Part shown: piece by piece, positions 10,630-20,775 of the stretch
Numbering within the stretch: the stretch's first letter is position 1
How the letters are laid out: every line of letters begins with the position of its first letter
Source: an uncultured Candidatus Saccharibacteria bacterium
Lineage (GTDB): Bacteria > Patescibacteriota > Minisyncoccia > Phycocordibacterales > UBA6899
Direction of reading: 5' to 3'
NCBI GenBank assembly: GCA_964515375.1
Contig: CAZERF010000006.1
Coordinates: forward strand, 16,133-80,132
Length of the DNA: 64,000 nt
Program-made: the position numbers and the translations under genes
Notes under the pieces: generated by a model
The model's database searches: none
What the model saw: only the letters and a program-made list of their open reading frames with translations
Told to the model about the DNA's origin: nothing

Positions 10630-11193
10630 CTACGGAGAAACATCATAACACGCTTCATTGCTCACAATATCCGTTTGGCATTCGGCGCTGTCCCCAAAGA
10701 ATGACGCAGTGCGGACGTCGGCGTCCGTATCCAAGACCGCATTCTCCGAACGCTCAAGCGTGATACCAAGCAGGTACGAATCGCATGGCGTCCCGGACGG
10801 CGCTCCCGCGTCACACTCGGTCGGCGTCGCTCCGTAAAGGCCATGATAGACATAGAAAAGATCAACCCCGGGCGGAGGGGTGAGGTTCACCGGAAGAAGG
10901 CCCGCATCAGAAAGGAGAACGATCGCTGCGTCGACACCCGAGTACCCCGATGGTGTCGTAGACGGATAACTCTGGTTTGAATCGTAATACAATTCGAGCG
11001 CCCTGGTGATCTGTCCAACCTGCGCGATCCGCTTCCCATCGCGAGACTTCTCTCTCGCCGAGGTGAACGAGACGATAGCGACCGACGCAAGAATACCGAT
11101 GATCGCGATCACTGCAAGAAGTTCGATCAAGGTGAAACCGCGATTCGTTTCCCTGAGACGACAAAATGATTGTGTTTTCAATAGTTTGACCAT
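10630..11193 (-). CDS. Type IV pilin / GspG-like pseudopilin
   Basis: RG|FTLIELLAVIAIIGILA class III signal; AREKSRDGKR...ALELYY; C-terminal Cys pairs. Confidence 0.9.
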   Translation of the reverse strand: MVKLLKTQSFCRLRETNRGFTLIELLAVIAIIGILASVAIVSFTSAREKSRDGKRIAQVGQITRALELYYDSNQSYPSTTPSGYSGVDAAIVLLSDAGLLPVNLTPPPGVDLFYVYHGLYGATPTECDAGAPSGTPCDSYLLGITLERSENAVLDTDADVRTASFFGDSAECQTDIVSNEACYDVSP

Positions 11194-11279
11194 GTAGAAT
11201 ATCATAACATGAAGATACTCGTTGTACAGTTTCCTTGTGTACGGATAGTGCCGATATGGGATAATAGAAGCACATCACC

Positions 11280-12308
11280 ATGAAGCACCGATTTTATACG
11301 ACCACCGCGCGCGCGACAGAAGGCATGCTCGACGCGGTCAGAACTGCAACCAAGTCGATCTATCTCGAGATGTACATCTTTGAGTACGACAAAGTAGGGA
11401 GCCTCTTTATTGCCGCACTTGAAGAGCGGCTTGCCGCGGGAGTGCGTGTCGTTCTCATCCTCGACGCGATCGGGAGTTTCGGTCTTCGGTCGGAAGCGGT
11501 ATCCAGACTCCGCGCAAAGGGTGCGGAAGTGCTCTTTTTCAGCTATTGGCTCACTCGAACCCATCGCAAGATCCTTATCATCGACGAACGGATCGTCTTT
11601 TTAGGAGGAGTGAATATTTCCGGTCGTTTTTCAAAATGGAAGGACCTCCACGTGCGACTTTCGGGGAAACATATCGCGGGAAGCGCTCTAAGGTCATTCG
11701 CGCGCGTCTACCGCAAATGCGGAGGGAGAGATACTCGCCTGCTTTTACTTCCTCCTCCGCGCGTCTGGTCAAGAGCGCGCATGTGGTTCCAAGAACACGG
11801 CCTCAACCAAGGTCACCGGTCTCTCCGCGCGCACTACGAGCAACACATCGACCACGCGAAGAGCACCGTCACAATGATCACTCCTTATCTTTTCCCACGA
11901 CGCTGGCTCATTGCCCATCTTCACGCGGCGATCCTCCGCGGAGTCAAGGTGACGATCATGATTCCCACCGAGACCGATCACCGCATATTTGATCGCGTGA
12001 ACGCGTATTACGCAACCCTCCTCGACGGGATCGGCGCCTCGATCCGATTCCTCCCCTCGATGAATCACGCAAAAGCGATCCTGATCGACGAGCGCATTGG
12101 GACCATCGGATCGCAAAACCTCGACACACTCTCCTTTGATTGGAACATGGAAGCGAGCGTCTTTTTCACTTCACCCGCGATGGTCGCCGATCTGACCAAG
12201 ATCATGCACACATGGGAGAGTGAGGCGGTCTTGCCGTCCTTGAACATAAAACGAAAATGGTATGACCCATTGCTTTTCCTCCTGTTGCGCATCCTAAGAT
12301 TCTGGTAA
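11280..12308 (+). CDS. Phospholipase D / cardiolipin synthase (ClsB-like)
   Basis: Two HKD motifs (HRKILIID, HAKAILID), GGVN and GSQNLD. Confidence 0.88.
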   Translation: MKHRFYTTTARATEGMLDAVRTATKSIYLEMYIFEYDKVGSLFIAALEERLAAGVRVVLILDAIGSFGLRSEAVSRLRAKGAEVLFFSYWLTRTHRKILIIDERIVFLGGVNISGRFSKWKDLHVRLSGKHIAGSALRSFARVYRKCGGRDTRLLLLPPPRVWSRARMWFQEHGLNQGHRSLRAHYEQHIDHAKSTVTMITPYLFPRRWLIAHLHAAILRGVKVTIMIPTETDHRIFDRVNAYYATLLDGIGASIRFLPSMNHAKAILIDERIGTIGSQNLDTLSFDWNMEASVFFTSPAMVADLTKIMHTWESEAVLPSLNIKRKWYDPLLFLLLRILRFW

Positions 12309-12309
12309 A

Positions 12310-12341
12310 AAAAAGCGACCGCATGGAAGCAGTCGCTTTTT
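12310..12341. terminator. Bidirectional terminator
   Basis: AAAAAGCGAC...GTCGCTTTTT between convergent genes. Confidence 0.65.
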
Positions 12342-12359
12342 CTTTCCGGTTTTCGTATT

Positions 12360-13061
12360 CTAGTAATTGACAAAGTAGGAGATGTTGGCGTTCTCTCGAA
12401 GTTCGCCGACCAATGCTCCGGCCTCGACAGCGATCTTCTGCTCGCGCATTTGCTTCGCGATCTCTGCCTGTGCCGCGGGAAGATCCGCCTCCGCGATCTC
12501 AAGCTTTGCCTGCGCGAGATATCCACCAACCTCCTCGTCAGTCACCTCGATCTTTGCGCCAAGGAGTTTCTCAACCTGTTTCTGAAGAAGAACCTGCTCG
12601 CGCACTTCTTCCATTGCAAGACCCCTCTCCTCAAGCATCTCTTCAAGTGTCGCGGTTGTTTGCCCCGCGATCTCTTCGCGCAACGCCGCGATACCCTCAT
12701 CAACCTCGGCTTCGGTGACAGAGACACCCGCACGCGCGATCTCCGCCTTGATGAGCTCTTGAGTAATGAGTGTTTCCAACACCTCCTTCCCGGACGACTT
12801 CTCCAATTCACCCACAACCGCAAAACGAGAGATCGGCGATCCATTGACCATTGCGGCGACAAACAACCCTCGCGCGGAATACAGCACCGCGAGGAGAACC
12901 AAGAGGATCGCGATCACGAGCGCGGTCTTGGTGCCCAAGATCCGTTTGATCCGCTGCTCAGGACGGACGCCTTCCTCCGAAACAACCTCGATCTCGGGGT
13001 TTGTTGATTCTTTTGTCTCAAACACCTCCTCTCCCTCTTTCATTTCATTCTCTTTCTCCAT
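12360..13061 (-). CDS. SurA N-terminal domain / PrsA-like membrane-anchored chaperone
   Basis: TM helix then VAAMVNGSPIS...LETLITQELI...GVSVTEAEVD; no parvulin domain. Confidence 0.8.
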   Translation of the reverse strand: MEKENEMKEGEEVFETKESTNPEIEVVSEEGVRPEQRIKRILGTKTALVIAILLVLLAVLYSARGLFVAAMVNGSPISRFAVVGELEKSSGKEVLETLITQELIKAEIARAGVSVTEAEVDEGIAALREEIAGQTTATLEEMLEERGLAMEEVREQVLLQKQVEKLLGAKIEVTDEEVGGYLAQAKLEIAEADLPAAQAEIAKQMREQKIAVEAGALVGELRENANISYFVNY

Positions 13062-13158
13062 GATTTGAATTTACGCAAGTAATAACGGCGGCTCAATGAT
13101 CCATCGAGCGCAAACGTCTCCATACTATAGCACGAGGCAAGTTGTGAGGCCAAGAAAA

Positions 13159-13545
13159 CTACCAGTTCGAGAACACGTCGAGAGCCGCGCGAGCGTAGAC
13201 CCTGTCCTTTTCCTTCGTTTCCTCCGAAAGTTCGACGTAAGGGAGCCGCTCTTCAGGGTCAGCGCGCGAGCGGTTGCGCAAAAGCCATGCGTCATGCACG
13301 ACCTCGGCGATCCGTTCGACGAATGCTTCCTTTGGTTTTTTGCTTTTCTCACTTGATCGCATCACCTCGCAAAGCGCCACCCGTGCGGAAGACAGCTCTT
13401 CTCCTGAAGGGGAAAATACTGTTGCCAAAGAGCCGGAAAGAGATGCCCTTGGCTCACCATAACGAAGCACGTGTGCGCGACGTGCGACACGCTCGACCAT
13501 ATCGGAAGGAATATCGCTGTTTCCATAATGAAGGAGATCACTCAT
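13159..13545 (-). CDS. Hypothetical protein with RyR-repeat-like motif
   Basis: IAEVVHDAW...LPYVELSEETKEKDR; TATAAT 6 nt before ATG. Confidence 0.6.
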   Translation of the reverse strand: MSDLLHYGNSDIPSDMVERVARRAHVLRYGEPRASLSGSLATVFSPSGEELSSARVALCEVMRSSEKSKKPKEAFVERIAEVVHDAWLLRNRSRADPEERLPYVELSEETKEKDRVYARAALDVFSNW

Positions 13546-13609
13546 GTGAACATTATAGGAACAAAAGAAAATGCCGCCAATGACCAAAAGGTCACGGGCG
13601 GCATGGAAA

Positions 13610-14191
13610 TTACTTCTTCTCGATCAAGGCACGGACAGCCTGTTCAAAATTAGCATGACAGGCGATGGCGGCGTCACGAAGGACGGAGTCCGGAAAATAT
13701 AAATCTCCACGAAGGAAATCCGGACGATTCAGCGCCAAGAGTGGGAAGGCATGCCACGGAGATGGCGGTGCGTGATCGTGAGGAAAATCCCGCTCCCGAT
13801 AAAGTCCCACCAGGCGAATATAGAACGCCACAGCTCCAGGGGCATACATACCTCTCCCCGACGTAATGACGCTGTCGACATACGCGAACAACTCAAGCTC
13901 CTTCTCGGTCAAATCCTCACCGAGAAGGTTGATCGCAGTCACGAGCAGGTCGCGACGAGAGGGCGCATACCCGAATGCCGAATGAAACACTGTCGCAATG
14001 GTAAAGATGCGACAGATGAAGAATTGACACTCGCGATGTGTCTCTCTCACGAGCACGTTTTCCCGATGAAACCGGAAAAACGAATTGAGAGACTCCCACG
14101 CGGTCGACAGATACTCGTCGACGCGAAGAGTGTCCTCAGAATAGATGAGGCTATTTCTCTTGAGCTCATCACGCAACTCGAGAATGTTCAT
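13610..14191 (-). CDS. Hypothetical protein (193 aa)
   Basis: Long ORF with GGAGG SD and an upstream TATAAT. Confidence 0.6.
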   Translation of the reverse strand: MNILELRDELKRNSLIYSEDTLRVDEYLSTAWESLNSFFRFHRENVLVRETHRECQFFICRIFTIATVFHSAFGYAPSRRDLLVTAINLLGEDLTEKELELFAYVDSVITSGRGMYAPGAVAFYIRLVGLYRERDFPHDHAPPSPWHAFPLLALNRPDFLRGDLYFPDSVLRDAAIACHANFEQAVRALIEKK

Positions 14192-14277
14192 GACGCACCT
14201 CCATCCTAATCAAGTGGAAAGAATACCTTGATTAATTATAGCACAAAAATGAAAATAATGCAATATCGAGCAAAACT

Positions 14278-14625
14278 CTAGCGAGCCGAGGATTCCTCCC
14301 CCTCTTCCTCAAGCACGACACCCCCTTCGACCACATCCACCGCGGGCACGGGGAAATATTGAGCGATTTCGGCATCGAGTCGATGTCGCTCATGATACAA
14401 ACGCGAAAGTTCGTCCCGGAGAGTGTCACGGGAGAAAATTGAGCGAAAAGAAACTGAGGAAAGCGTGCTCTCGATCTCGCGGATCCGATCATTCGTTTCT
14501 TGAAGTCGACCCTGAAGGGACGAGATCATCTCCGCGGTATGGTCCGAAAAATCTTGAGGAAGTTCTCCTTGAAAAGGAGGAATGGGAGAGGTATTCGATG
14601 TGGAAGATTCAAATGACATATTCAT
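14278..14625 (-). CDS. Hypothetical coiled-coil protein
   Basis: GAGG SD before ATG 14625; heptad-rich, acidic tail. Confidence 0.5.
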   Translation of the reverse strand: MNMSFESSTSNTSPIPPFQGELPQDFSDHTAEMISSLQGRLQETNDRIREIESTLSSVSFRSIFSRDTLRDELSRLYHERHRLDAEIAQYFPVPAVDVVEGGVVLEEEGEESSAR

Positions 14626-14671
14626 GATGACCTCTATGGTACGCCGAAGGGAACTCGAGGGCAAGGATGTC

Positions 14672-15637
14672 CTAGCGCAGGTAGCGTTCAATGTTCGCCT
14701 GATGTCCCGCGTAATCCTTCGCGCAATGAATGTTCCCTTCCGGATCGTGCAGGTAGAAGAAGCACTCAGTCACCTCGGGAAAAAGTACCGCCTCCATTGC
14801 CGCAATGCCGGGATTCGCGATAGGGCGCGGGGGGAGTCCCGCATTTTTGTAAGTATTGAAAGGTGAATCAAGCTGCTTATCCTCGGGTCGAACGGGTAGC
14901 CACCACCCTCCCTCCTCGCTTCCCTTCACATACTGCAACGTCGCGTCGATCTCGAGACGCTGCCCCGCAAGCAAGCGGTTCCAGATGACTCCGGCAATGA
15001 GCGGCATGTCATGCATTCCGGCGGCCTCACGCTGAACCAGCGACGCGATTTTCATGAGTGTCGTCCATTTGATGTTTTGGGTTGCGGCTTCTTCGGCAAG
15101 CGGGGCGAAGCGCTCGCTCCATCGCGCGCGCAATCGCTCGGCGACCCGCGCGGGACTTTCCTCGACAGGGATGAGATAGGTGTCAGGGAAATACACTCCT
15201 TCCGTGTGATCAGTATCGGGGGCGGTGTCCACTTCAACCCATTGCTTCTTTTCTTCATTCGACCACCCAAGCTCGCGCGCCAACACCTCCGCGATCTCCT
15301 CTTTGCGGTACCCTTCAGGAATAACAACCCACTTCATGAAAGGCCCGTCGGCGATACGACTCGCAAGTGCCCACATGTTCATCCCTTTCGAGATCCGGTA
15401 TGCACCGGGAGGCAATTCGGCGGGAATACCGCGAAGACGAAGGAGGAGTTTCAGCGCGGCTTCATTGTGTGCGTATCCGTCTGTAAAAAGAGTATCGAAG
15501 GCGTCCGACGCGCTTGTTCCGCGAAGAATGACCAGATTCCCCACAAGATCTTCAGGATTGCCGCGAAAGAACACCTGCCAGACACCTCCGACAACAAGCA
15601 ACACGACGACAAGCACAAGAAGTACACTTTTCTTCAT
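14672..15637 (-). CDS. mltG: Endolytic transglycosylase MltG (YceG)
   Basis: N-terminal TM, IPEG, EGVYFPDTY, ASLVQREA, LEIDAT, SPFNTY..GLPPRPIANPG. Confidence 0.93.
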   Translation of the reverse strand: MKKSVLLVLVVVLLVVGGVWQVFFRGNPEDLVGNLVILRGTSASDAFDTLFTDGYAHNEAALKLLLRLRGIPAELPPGAYRISKGMNMWALASRIADGPFMKWVVIPEGYRKEEIAEVLARELGWSNEEKKQWVEVDTAPDTDHTEGVYFPDTYLIPVEESPARVAERLRARWSERFAPLAEEAATQNIKWTTLMKIASLVQREAAGMHDMPLIAGVIWNRLLAGQRLEIDATLQYVKGSEEGGWWLPVRPEDKQLDSPFNTYKNAGLPPRPIANPGIAAMEAVLFPEVTECFFYLHDPEGNIHCAKDYAGHQANIERYLR

Positions 15638-15710
15638 CTTCCAATTCTATACTTCCGAAGCGACATGAACAACAAAAAAACACCACCCAAAAAGGATGGT
15701 GTTCTTTGTC

Positions 15711-15968
15711 TCAAGCAGAGAGGTCTTTCTTCTTCTCTTCGAATTCCGCCTTGTCGATCTCCCCTTTTGCGTAACGCTCCTTGAGGATCTCGAGCGCGGA
15801 CGATGATGCCGACGAAGGGCCGTGATCAGAGCGTCTCCATTCGACGATGAGCATGCGTGCGCCGACAAACACAAGAAGAATGAGGAGTCCCCAGAAAAGA
15901 AGTGACGACCATCCTCCGATCCCGAAGAGTCCGGGACAATAACTATCCCACATGGTGTGGTAGTACAT
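15711..15968 (-). CDS. SHOCT-domain membrane protein
   Basis: TM helix plus SALEILKERYAKGEIDKAEFEEKKKDL. Confidence 0.85.
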   Translation of the reverse strand: MYYHTMWDSYCPGLFGIGGWSSLLFWGLLILLVFVGARMLIVEWRRSDHGPSSASSSALEILKERYAKGEIDKAEFEEKKKDLSA

Positions 15969-15993
15969 AGTGTGTATGTTTAACGAATAACGA

Positions 15994-16425
15994 TCAGTCC
16001 TTTACTTCGACCTTGATCTCGGTCCGTTCGGGAAGCTTTTTTGACACTTCGGGAAGTGTGACCGTGAGGACACCCTTCTCATACGAAGCGGTGATCTTTT
16101 CTTTGTCGACATCCTTGGGAAGTCGCACCATTCGCTCAAAGCTTCCGTGACGGATCTCCTTGCTGTAGTAATGTTTTTCTTTTTCTTCCTTCTCCTCATT
16201 TCGATCCGCGCGAATGCATAAATAACGTTCGCCGTCGACAGAGACCTTGATGTCCTCGGCATTCATGCCGGGAATATGCATACGCGCGACAAGGTTCCCC
16301 TTTTCTTCAAAGAGGTCCACCGCGAGGTCAAGCGATGCCGTAGAGAATGGAGGGAATGATGCAGGATGAAGGTCGTAAAAGAAACGATCCATATCGCCAA
16401 ACGGTTCCCATTTGATGAGGGCCAT
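15994..16425 (-). CDS. Hsp20/alpha-crystallin small heat-shock protein
   Basis: IPGM..EDIKV, EIRHGSFERMVRLP, ASYEKGVLTVTLP. Confidence 0.93.
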   Translation of the reverse strand: MALIKWEPFGDMDRFFYDLHPASFPPFSTASLDLAVDLFEEKGNLVARMHIPGMNAEDIKVSVDGERYLCIRADRNEEKEEKEKHYYSKEIRHGSFERMVRLPKDVDKEKITASYEKGVLTVTLPEVSKKLPERTEIKVEVKD

Positions 16426-16587
16426 GATGTTTGAAGAGTTATCGAATAAGGGCTCGGATCGCGCGAAGCGGAAACGATGCGGTTATCACGATGTACCACC
16501 GCGCACGATGGAGCTTTGTTCATTATAGCACAAAATGCAAGAAAAGCGAGAGTGTGAAATCTTAAAAAATGTCCCAACAGGGCCGTT

Positions 16588-17448
16588 TTATGGAAGACTC
16601 TCGCACACGCGACCGTCACCATCCCGATCGAGGCGATGCACGTCGTTTGCGACGCCACCACACTGATCAAAGACCTCTTGCGCTCGCGACTGCGTCGCAA
16701 GGTCGGCGCAGTTGTAGACATTGCGTGCGCATTCGATCGAGCTGTCCGATACGAGCAACGAGACGGGAGCAAGGAGCGCCGGAGCCTCCGGCACCAAAGA
16801 CGAGGGTGGGGGTGCCGCGCGACACGCTCCTTCCGCCCAAAGACCCTTCCCTTCCGCGCGTGCGCTCCGCTCGGCGTCACGAAACTCCTTTTGATAACGA
16901 TACGGTTCGTTGTAGGTGTACTCGTACGCGTACCCTTCACGGACGAGAGATAGATTAAAGAATGTTCCGTCCGAAAGGAAGAGATACGCAAGTGTTCTCC
17001 CGTACTTATCTTTCTCACCTTGCGAAGGATCGCCCTCGACGCGCACCTCTGCGCCGGAAAGCACGCGCGTCGCGAATGCAGATGCTTCCTTTCCGAAACA
17101 CTCGACCGGACGTCTCGGGTCGACCGTCTCGGGGGTGTTCACGCCGATCAGCCGGAGTGTCTCATTTCGACCTTCTCGGGCAATGACAATCGTGTCTCCG
17201 TCGACCACACGCACAACAGAGAAAAATTGAGACGATGAGCTCTCGAGGTGGAGATCAGAAGAAGATGCAAGAGAAGCAGAAGGGAGTTCATCCACCGCTG
17301 ATGTCGAAGGAAGGTCTACTTCTGGAGTACTATCGACAGCAGACTCCATGTCGCGAACAAGAAACCCCAACCCGAACGCAACGACAAGCGCAAAGATATA
17401 CACGACTGTGCGATGATGAGGTGTCAGGGGTGAAAAATGACGCGACAT
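16588..17448 (-). CDS. Thermonuclease (SNase) with C-terminal Excalibur Ca-binding domain
   Basis: VVDGDT, RLIGVNTPE, DKYGRTLAY, GLW; NCADL...LDRDGDGRVCE. Confidence 0.92.
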   Translation of the reverse strand: MSRHFSPLTPHHRTVVYIFALVVAFGLGFLVRDMESAVDSTPEVDLPSTSAVDELPSASLASSSDLHLESSSSQFFSVVRVVDGDTIVIAREGRNETLRLIGVNTPETVDPRRPVECFGKEASAFATRVLSGAEVRVEGDPSQGEKDKYGRTLAYLFLSDGTFFNLSLVREGYAYEYTYNEPYRYQKEFRDAERSARAEGKGLWAEGACRAAPPPSSLVPEAPALLAPVSLLVSDSSIECARNVYNCADLATQSRAQEVFDQCGGVANDVHRLDRDGDGRVCESLP

Positions 17449-17514
17449 GCACTCGATAATACCACAAGAAAGCGCAAAAGAATCCGCGTACAGTGCGGAT
17501 TCTTTTGCGTTCAC

Positions 17515-20500
17515 TTATTCATCCTTTGCTCCACTAAAACGCAAGTAGAGAATCGGGAAGATGACAAGCGTCAGCACCGTAGAGAGGGAGAGCCCAAAGA
17601 TGAACGCCCACGCGAGTCCACTCCAAACAGGATCAACAACGATTACCGCGGAGCCAAGCACTGCGGTCAGTGAGGTGAGCATGATCGGACGCAAACGGGT
17701 TTGACATGCCCCGATGATAGACATTTTAACACTACGCCCGCGCGTGCGGAGTTGCTCAATGAAATCAAGCAAGAGGATCGCATTCCCAACAACGATCCCA
17801 CCGAGTGCAATGATACCGATCATGGACGTCGCCGAGAAATACAGGCCACTTGAAAAATCAAGCAACGCGAATCCGGGGAGCACACCGGCAAAACCGAGAA
17901 TGATCGTCGACATGATGAGCATCGGTGTTCGGAACGAACGGAACTGCGCGACCAAGACCACGTAGATCAGGAAGTATGAGACGAGCATTGCGATTCCGAG
18001 ATCACGAAAGTTATCAAGCGTCATCTCAAACTCACCTCCCCATTCGATCCGATACTCCTCATTGCTTTCGGTGTCACGGTACGTAAGACCGTAAAGGTTC
18101 CAATCGAGAAGCTCTCCGTTTCCTGAAGGAAGGCGATAATCGAGAAGTGCAAGAACGAGATCTTTCACAACGTAAACCACAGCACGTCCTTCTGTCTCCC
18201 CCATCACGATCGACGCGGATTCTCGTTCGTCGTGTACGATCGGAGCAGGGAGTGCGACGCGGAGAGTACGAGTCACGCTCGAAAGGGCAACATGTTGTCC
18301 CATTGCGTTCTTAACGGTAATGCGTCCAATATCCGCAATGTCATTTCTTCCGTCACCAGCAAAACGCACAATGATCGCGGATTCTTCCATTACGCCAAGA
18401 CGCGCGACCGCGACAGTATTTCCCGAAAGCGCGGTACGCAAGGCCGTCGCAACATCCGACACGGAAAGTCCCGATCGTGTAAGTTTCTCATGGTCGATCA
18501 CCAGCACTTCTTCTGTTGCTCCGGAAGCGATACCCGTATCAAGGTCGACAACACCGGGAGTAACACGGAAAAGTGCGAATAGGTCTCGCGCGATCTCATC
18601 CCGCACGGCTGGATCCGGACCTTTCACACGTGCAAGAAGTGTCGAGAGCACGGGAGGGCCAGGAGGATCCTCAATCAACCGGAGACGAATATCGGGAATG
18701 TCTCCGTATTCAGAAGACAGATCCGTGCGTACGCGAGTGACGATCTCCTCGCTCGTGACCGAACGCTCTTTGGGATGCGAGAGTGACACTTTCATGGTCG
18801 CGTGTTCAGGGCGATCGCGCATATCCGAACCACGGAAGAGACCGTTAAAATCCGCTACAGGAGGAGTCCCCACAAAATACTCCACTGCCTTCACTTCAGG
18901 GTCAGTCAGAATACTCCCCTTGACCGCGTCAGCAAATTCCTTTGTGGATGCAAGCGCGGTTCCATCGGGCATGTCGACATAAACATAAAACTGTTCTTTG
19001 TCGGCCTTCGGGAGCATTCTGAAATGCACGAGCTCAACAAAAGGAAGCGCGAATGCGAGCACAACACCAACCAATGTTCCGACCAATATCTTGTTCTGAA
19101 GACGCCGATCATCAAGCACGCGATGGATGAACCGCGTATACGCCGCATCGAGACGTGAATGTTCTTCCTTTTCCTCATGAATGGAATCTTCCTTCTCGGA
19201 CTCCTTAAGAAAGATCGACGCGATGTATGGGGAAAGCGAGTAAGCGACAAAGAGAGACATCAAGCGTGCGATGGGGGCAAAGAAAGCGATCGGCCCCATA
19301 TACGCGCCCATCATTCCGGTCACAAGACCCATGGGGACAAACACAATAATAGCGGTCACCGTCGAGAGAAGCACACCCATACCCACCTCTCCCGTCGCAT
19401 GCGCGATCGCATCAACCTTCCCTTCCCGCTTGTTCAAAAATCTGCGGTGAATATTCTCAACCACAACGATCGCGTCATCCACAAGAAGTCCAAGTGAGAA
19501 GATAAGCGCGAAGAGTGTGATCCGATTGATCGTCTGATCAAAGAAATACCCCACAATGAAGACGAGCGCGAGTGTGAGCGGTATAGCGGTGGCAACAACA
19601 AGAGCTGCGCGCAAACCCAAAAAGAATATGAGCGTGATTGTGACGATTCCGATCGCGAGCGCAAGGTGCTCCGTGAGAACCATGATCTCCTCCCCCGCGA
19701 TCTCGCCCTCATCGCGAGTGATCTCAAGGTCAACAGAGTCCGGAACCATCCGCAACGATACAAGTTCATCAATACGCTCACGCACGGCAGTCGTCACGTT
19801 CGTCACATTGACGCCTTGTGTCTTGGCAAGCGAGAGAAAGACCACATGCCTATCGTCGGGAACACCTCGTTCCGAGAGACCGACATGACTCTCAACGACA
19901 CCATATCCGTCCGATATCTCCGCGACATCTTCAAGGTAGACCGGACTTGCGAAACTTCCGCCGACCACGAGTCGTGCAAGGCTCTCCGCGGAAGCGATCG
20001 ATCCATCAAGAACAAAAGAAATGTTTCGCTCCGTGCCTTCGATCGCACCGACCCGCATCCGGAGGTTGTTCATCTTGATCGCACCCTCGATTTCGTTCAC
20101 ACTCACATTACGAGCAGCAAGCGCATCGGGAAGGAGTGTAACCGAAAGCACTCGAGCACGGCCTCCGGATACTTCGATATTGGTCACACCGGAGATGGTC
20201 TTGAGGTCCTCACGCAACTCGAACGCGTACGCACGAAGTCCGTCTGGTCCGATCTCGGAACTCAAGATCGCAACAGTCATGACTGGAACATTCTCAGGGT
20301 CAACTTGCTGAATGAGCGGCGCCCCCACACCAAGAGGCGCGAGATGAAGATTCGCCTGCATCTTCTGAATGACTTCCGTCTTGCTCCGATCAAGGTCGGT
20401 GCCGATCTTGAAAGTAACGAGAACAACCGAACGTCCTCCGTCGAACGAATACGAGGAGAGCGTGTCAACACCGGGAAGTTCGGCGAGTTTGTTCTCAATT

Positions 20501-20742
20501 TCATTGGTAACAAAACGCTCAACCTCATCGGCGGTCGCGCCGGGATATTCGGTCACGATCCGAAACGCAGGAAGCGTGATTTCAGGATTGTATTGCTTGG
20601 GCGTAGCAACAAAGGCCATGACACCAAAGACAAAGCTCGCAAGTGTCAGTAAGAGCGAAAGTTGTTTATTTTGAACAAAGAACCGCGCAACATGAGCGTA
20701 GATATTCTCTTTTTCCTCTTGAGGTGAAGGGTGTGTGTTCAT
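17515..20742 (-). CDS. RND efflux permease (AcrB/AcrD/AcrF family)
   Basis: 1075 aa; GLLVDDAIVVVEN, RLRPIMLTS; 12-TM pattern. Confidence 0.93.
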   Translation of the reverse strand: MNTHPSPQEEKENIYAHVARFFVQNKQLSLLLTLASFVFGVMAFVATPKQYNPEITLPAFRIVTEYPGATADEVERFVTNEIENKLAELPGVDTLSSYSFDGGRSVVLVTFKIGTDLDRSKTEVIQKMQANLHLAPLGVGAPLIQQVDPENVPVMTVAILSSEIGPDGLRAYAFELREDLKTISGVTNIEVSGGRARVLSVTLLPDALAARNVSVNEIEGAIKMNNLRMRVGAIEGTERNISFVLDGSIASAESLARLVVGGSFASPVYLEDVAEISDGYGVVESHVGLSERGVPDDRHVVFLSLAKTQGVNVTNVTTAVRERIDELVSLRMVPDSVDLEITRDEGEIAGEEIMVLTEHLALAIGIVTITLIFFLGLRAALVVATAIPLTLALVFIVGYFFDQTINRITLFALIFSLGLLVDDAIVVVENIHRRFLNKREGKVDAIAHATGEVGMGVLLSTVTAIIVFVPMGLVTGMMGAYMGPIAFFAPIARLMSLFVAYSLSPYIASIFLKESEKEDSIHEEKEEHSRLDAAYTRFIHRVLDDRRLQNKILVGTLVGVVLAFALPFVELVHFRMLPKADKEQFYVYVDMPDGTALASTKEFADAVKGSILTDPEVKAVEYFVGTPPVADFNGLFRGSDMRDRPEHATMKVSLSHPKERSVTSEEIVTRVRTDLSSEYGDIPDIRLRLIEDPPGPPVLSTLLARVKGPDPAVRDEIARDLFALFRVTPGVVDLDTGIASGATEEVLVIDHEKLTRSGLSVSDVATALRTALSGNTVAVARLGVMEESAIIVRFAGDGRNDIADIGRITVKNAMGQHVALSSVTRTLRVALPAPIVHDERESASIVMGETEGRAVVYVVKDLVLALLDYRLPSGNGELLDWNLYGLTYRDTESNEEYRIEWGGEFEMTLDNFRDLGIAMLVSYFLIYVVLVAQFRSFRTPMLIMSTIILGFAGVLPGFALLDFSSGLYFSATSMIGIIALGGIVVGNAILLLDFIEQLRTRGRSVKMSIIGACQTRLRPIMLTSLTAVLGSAVIVVDPVWSGLAWAFIFGLSLSTVLTLVIFPILYLRFSGAKDE

Positions 20743-20775
20743 AGGTAAAAATAGTGAATACGGACAAAGAAAGAC

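Noticed and set aside
16524-16558. CIRCE element at hsp20 promoter
   Set aside because: Half-site-like sequences are degenerate and not spaced by 9 bp.
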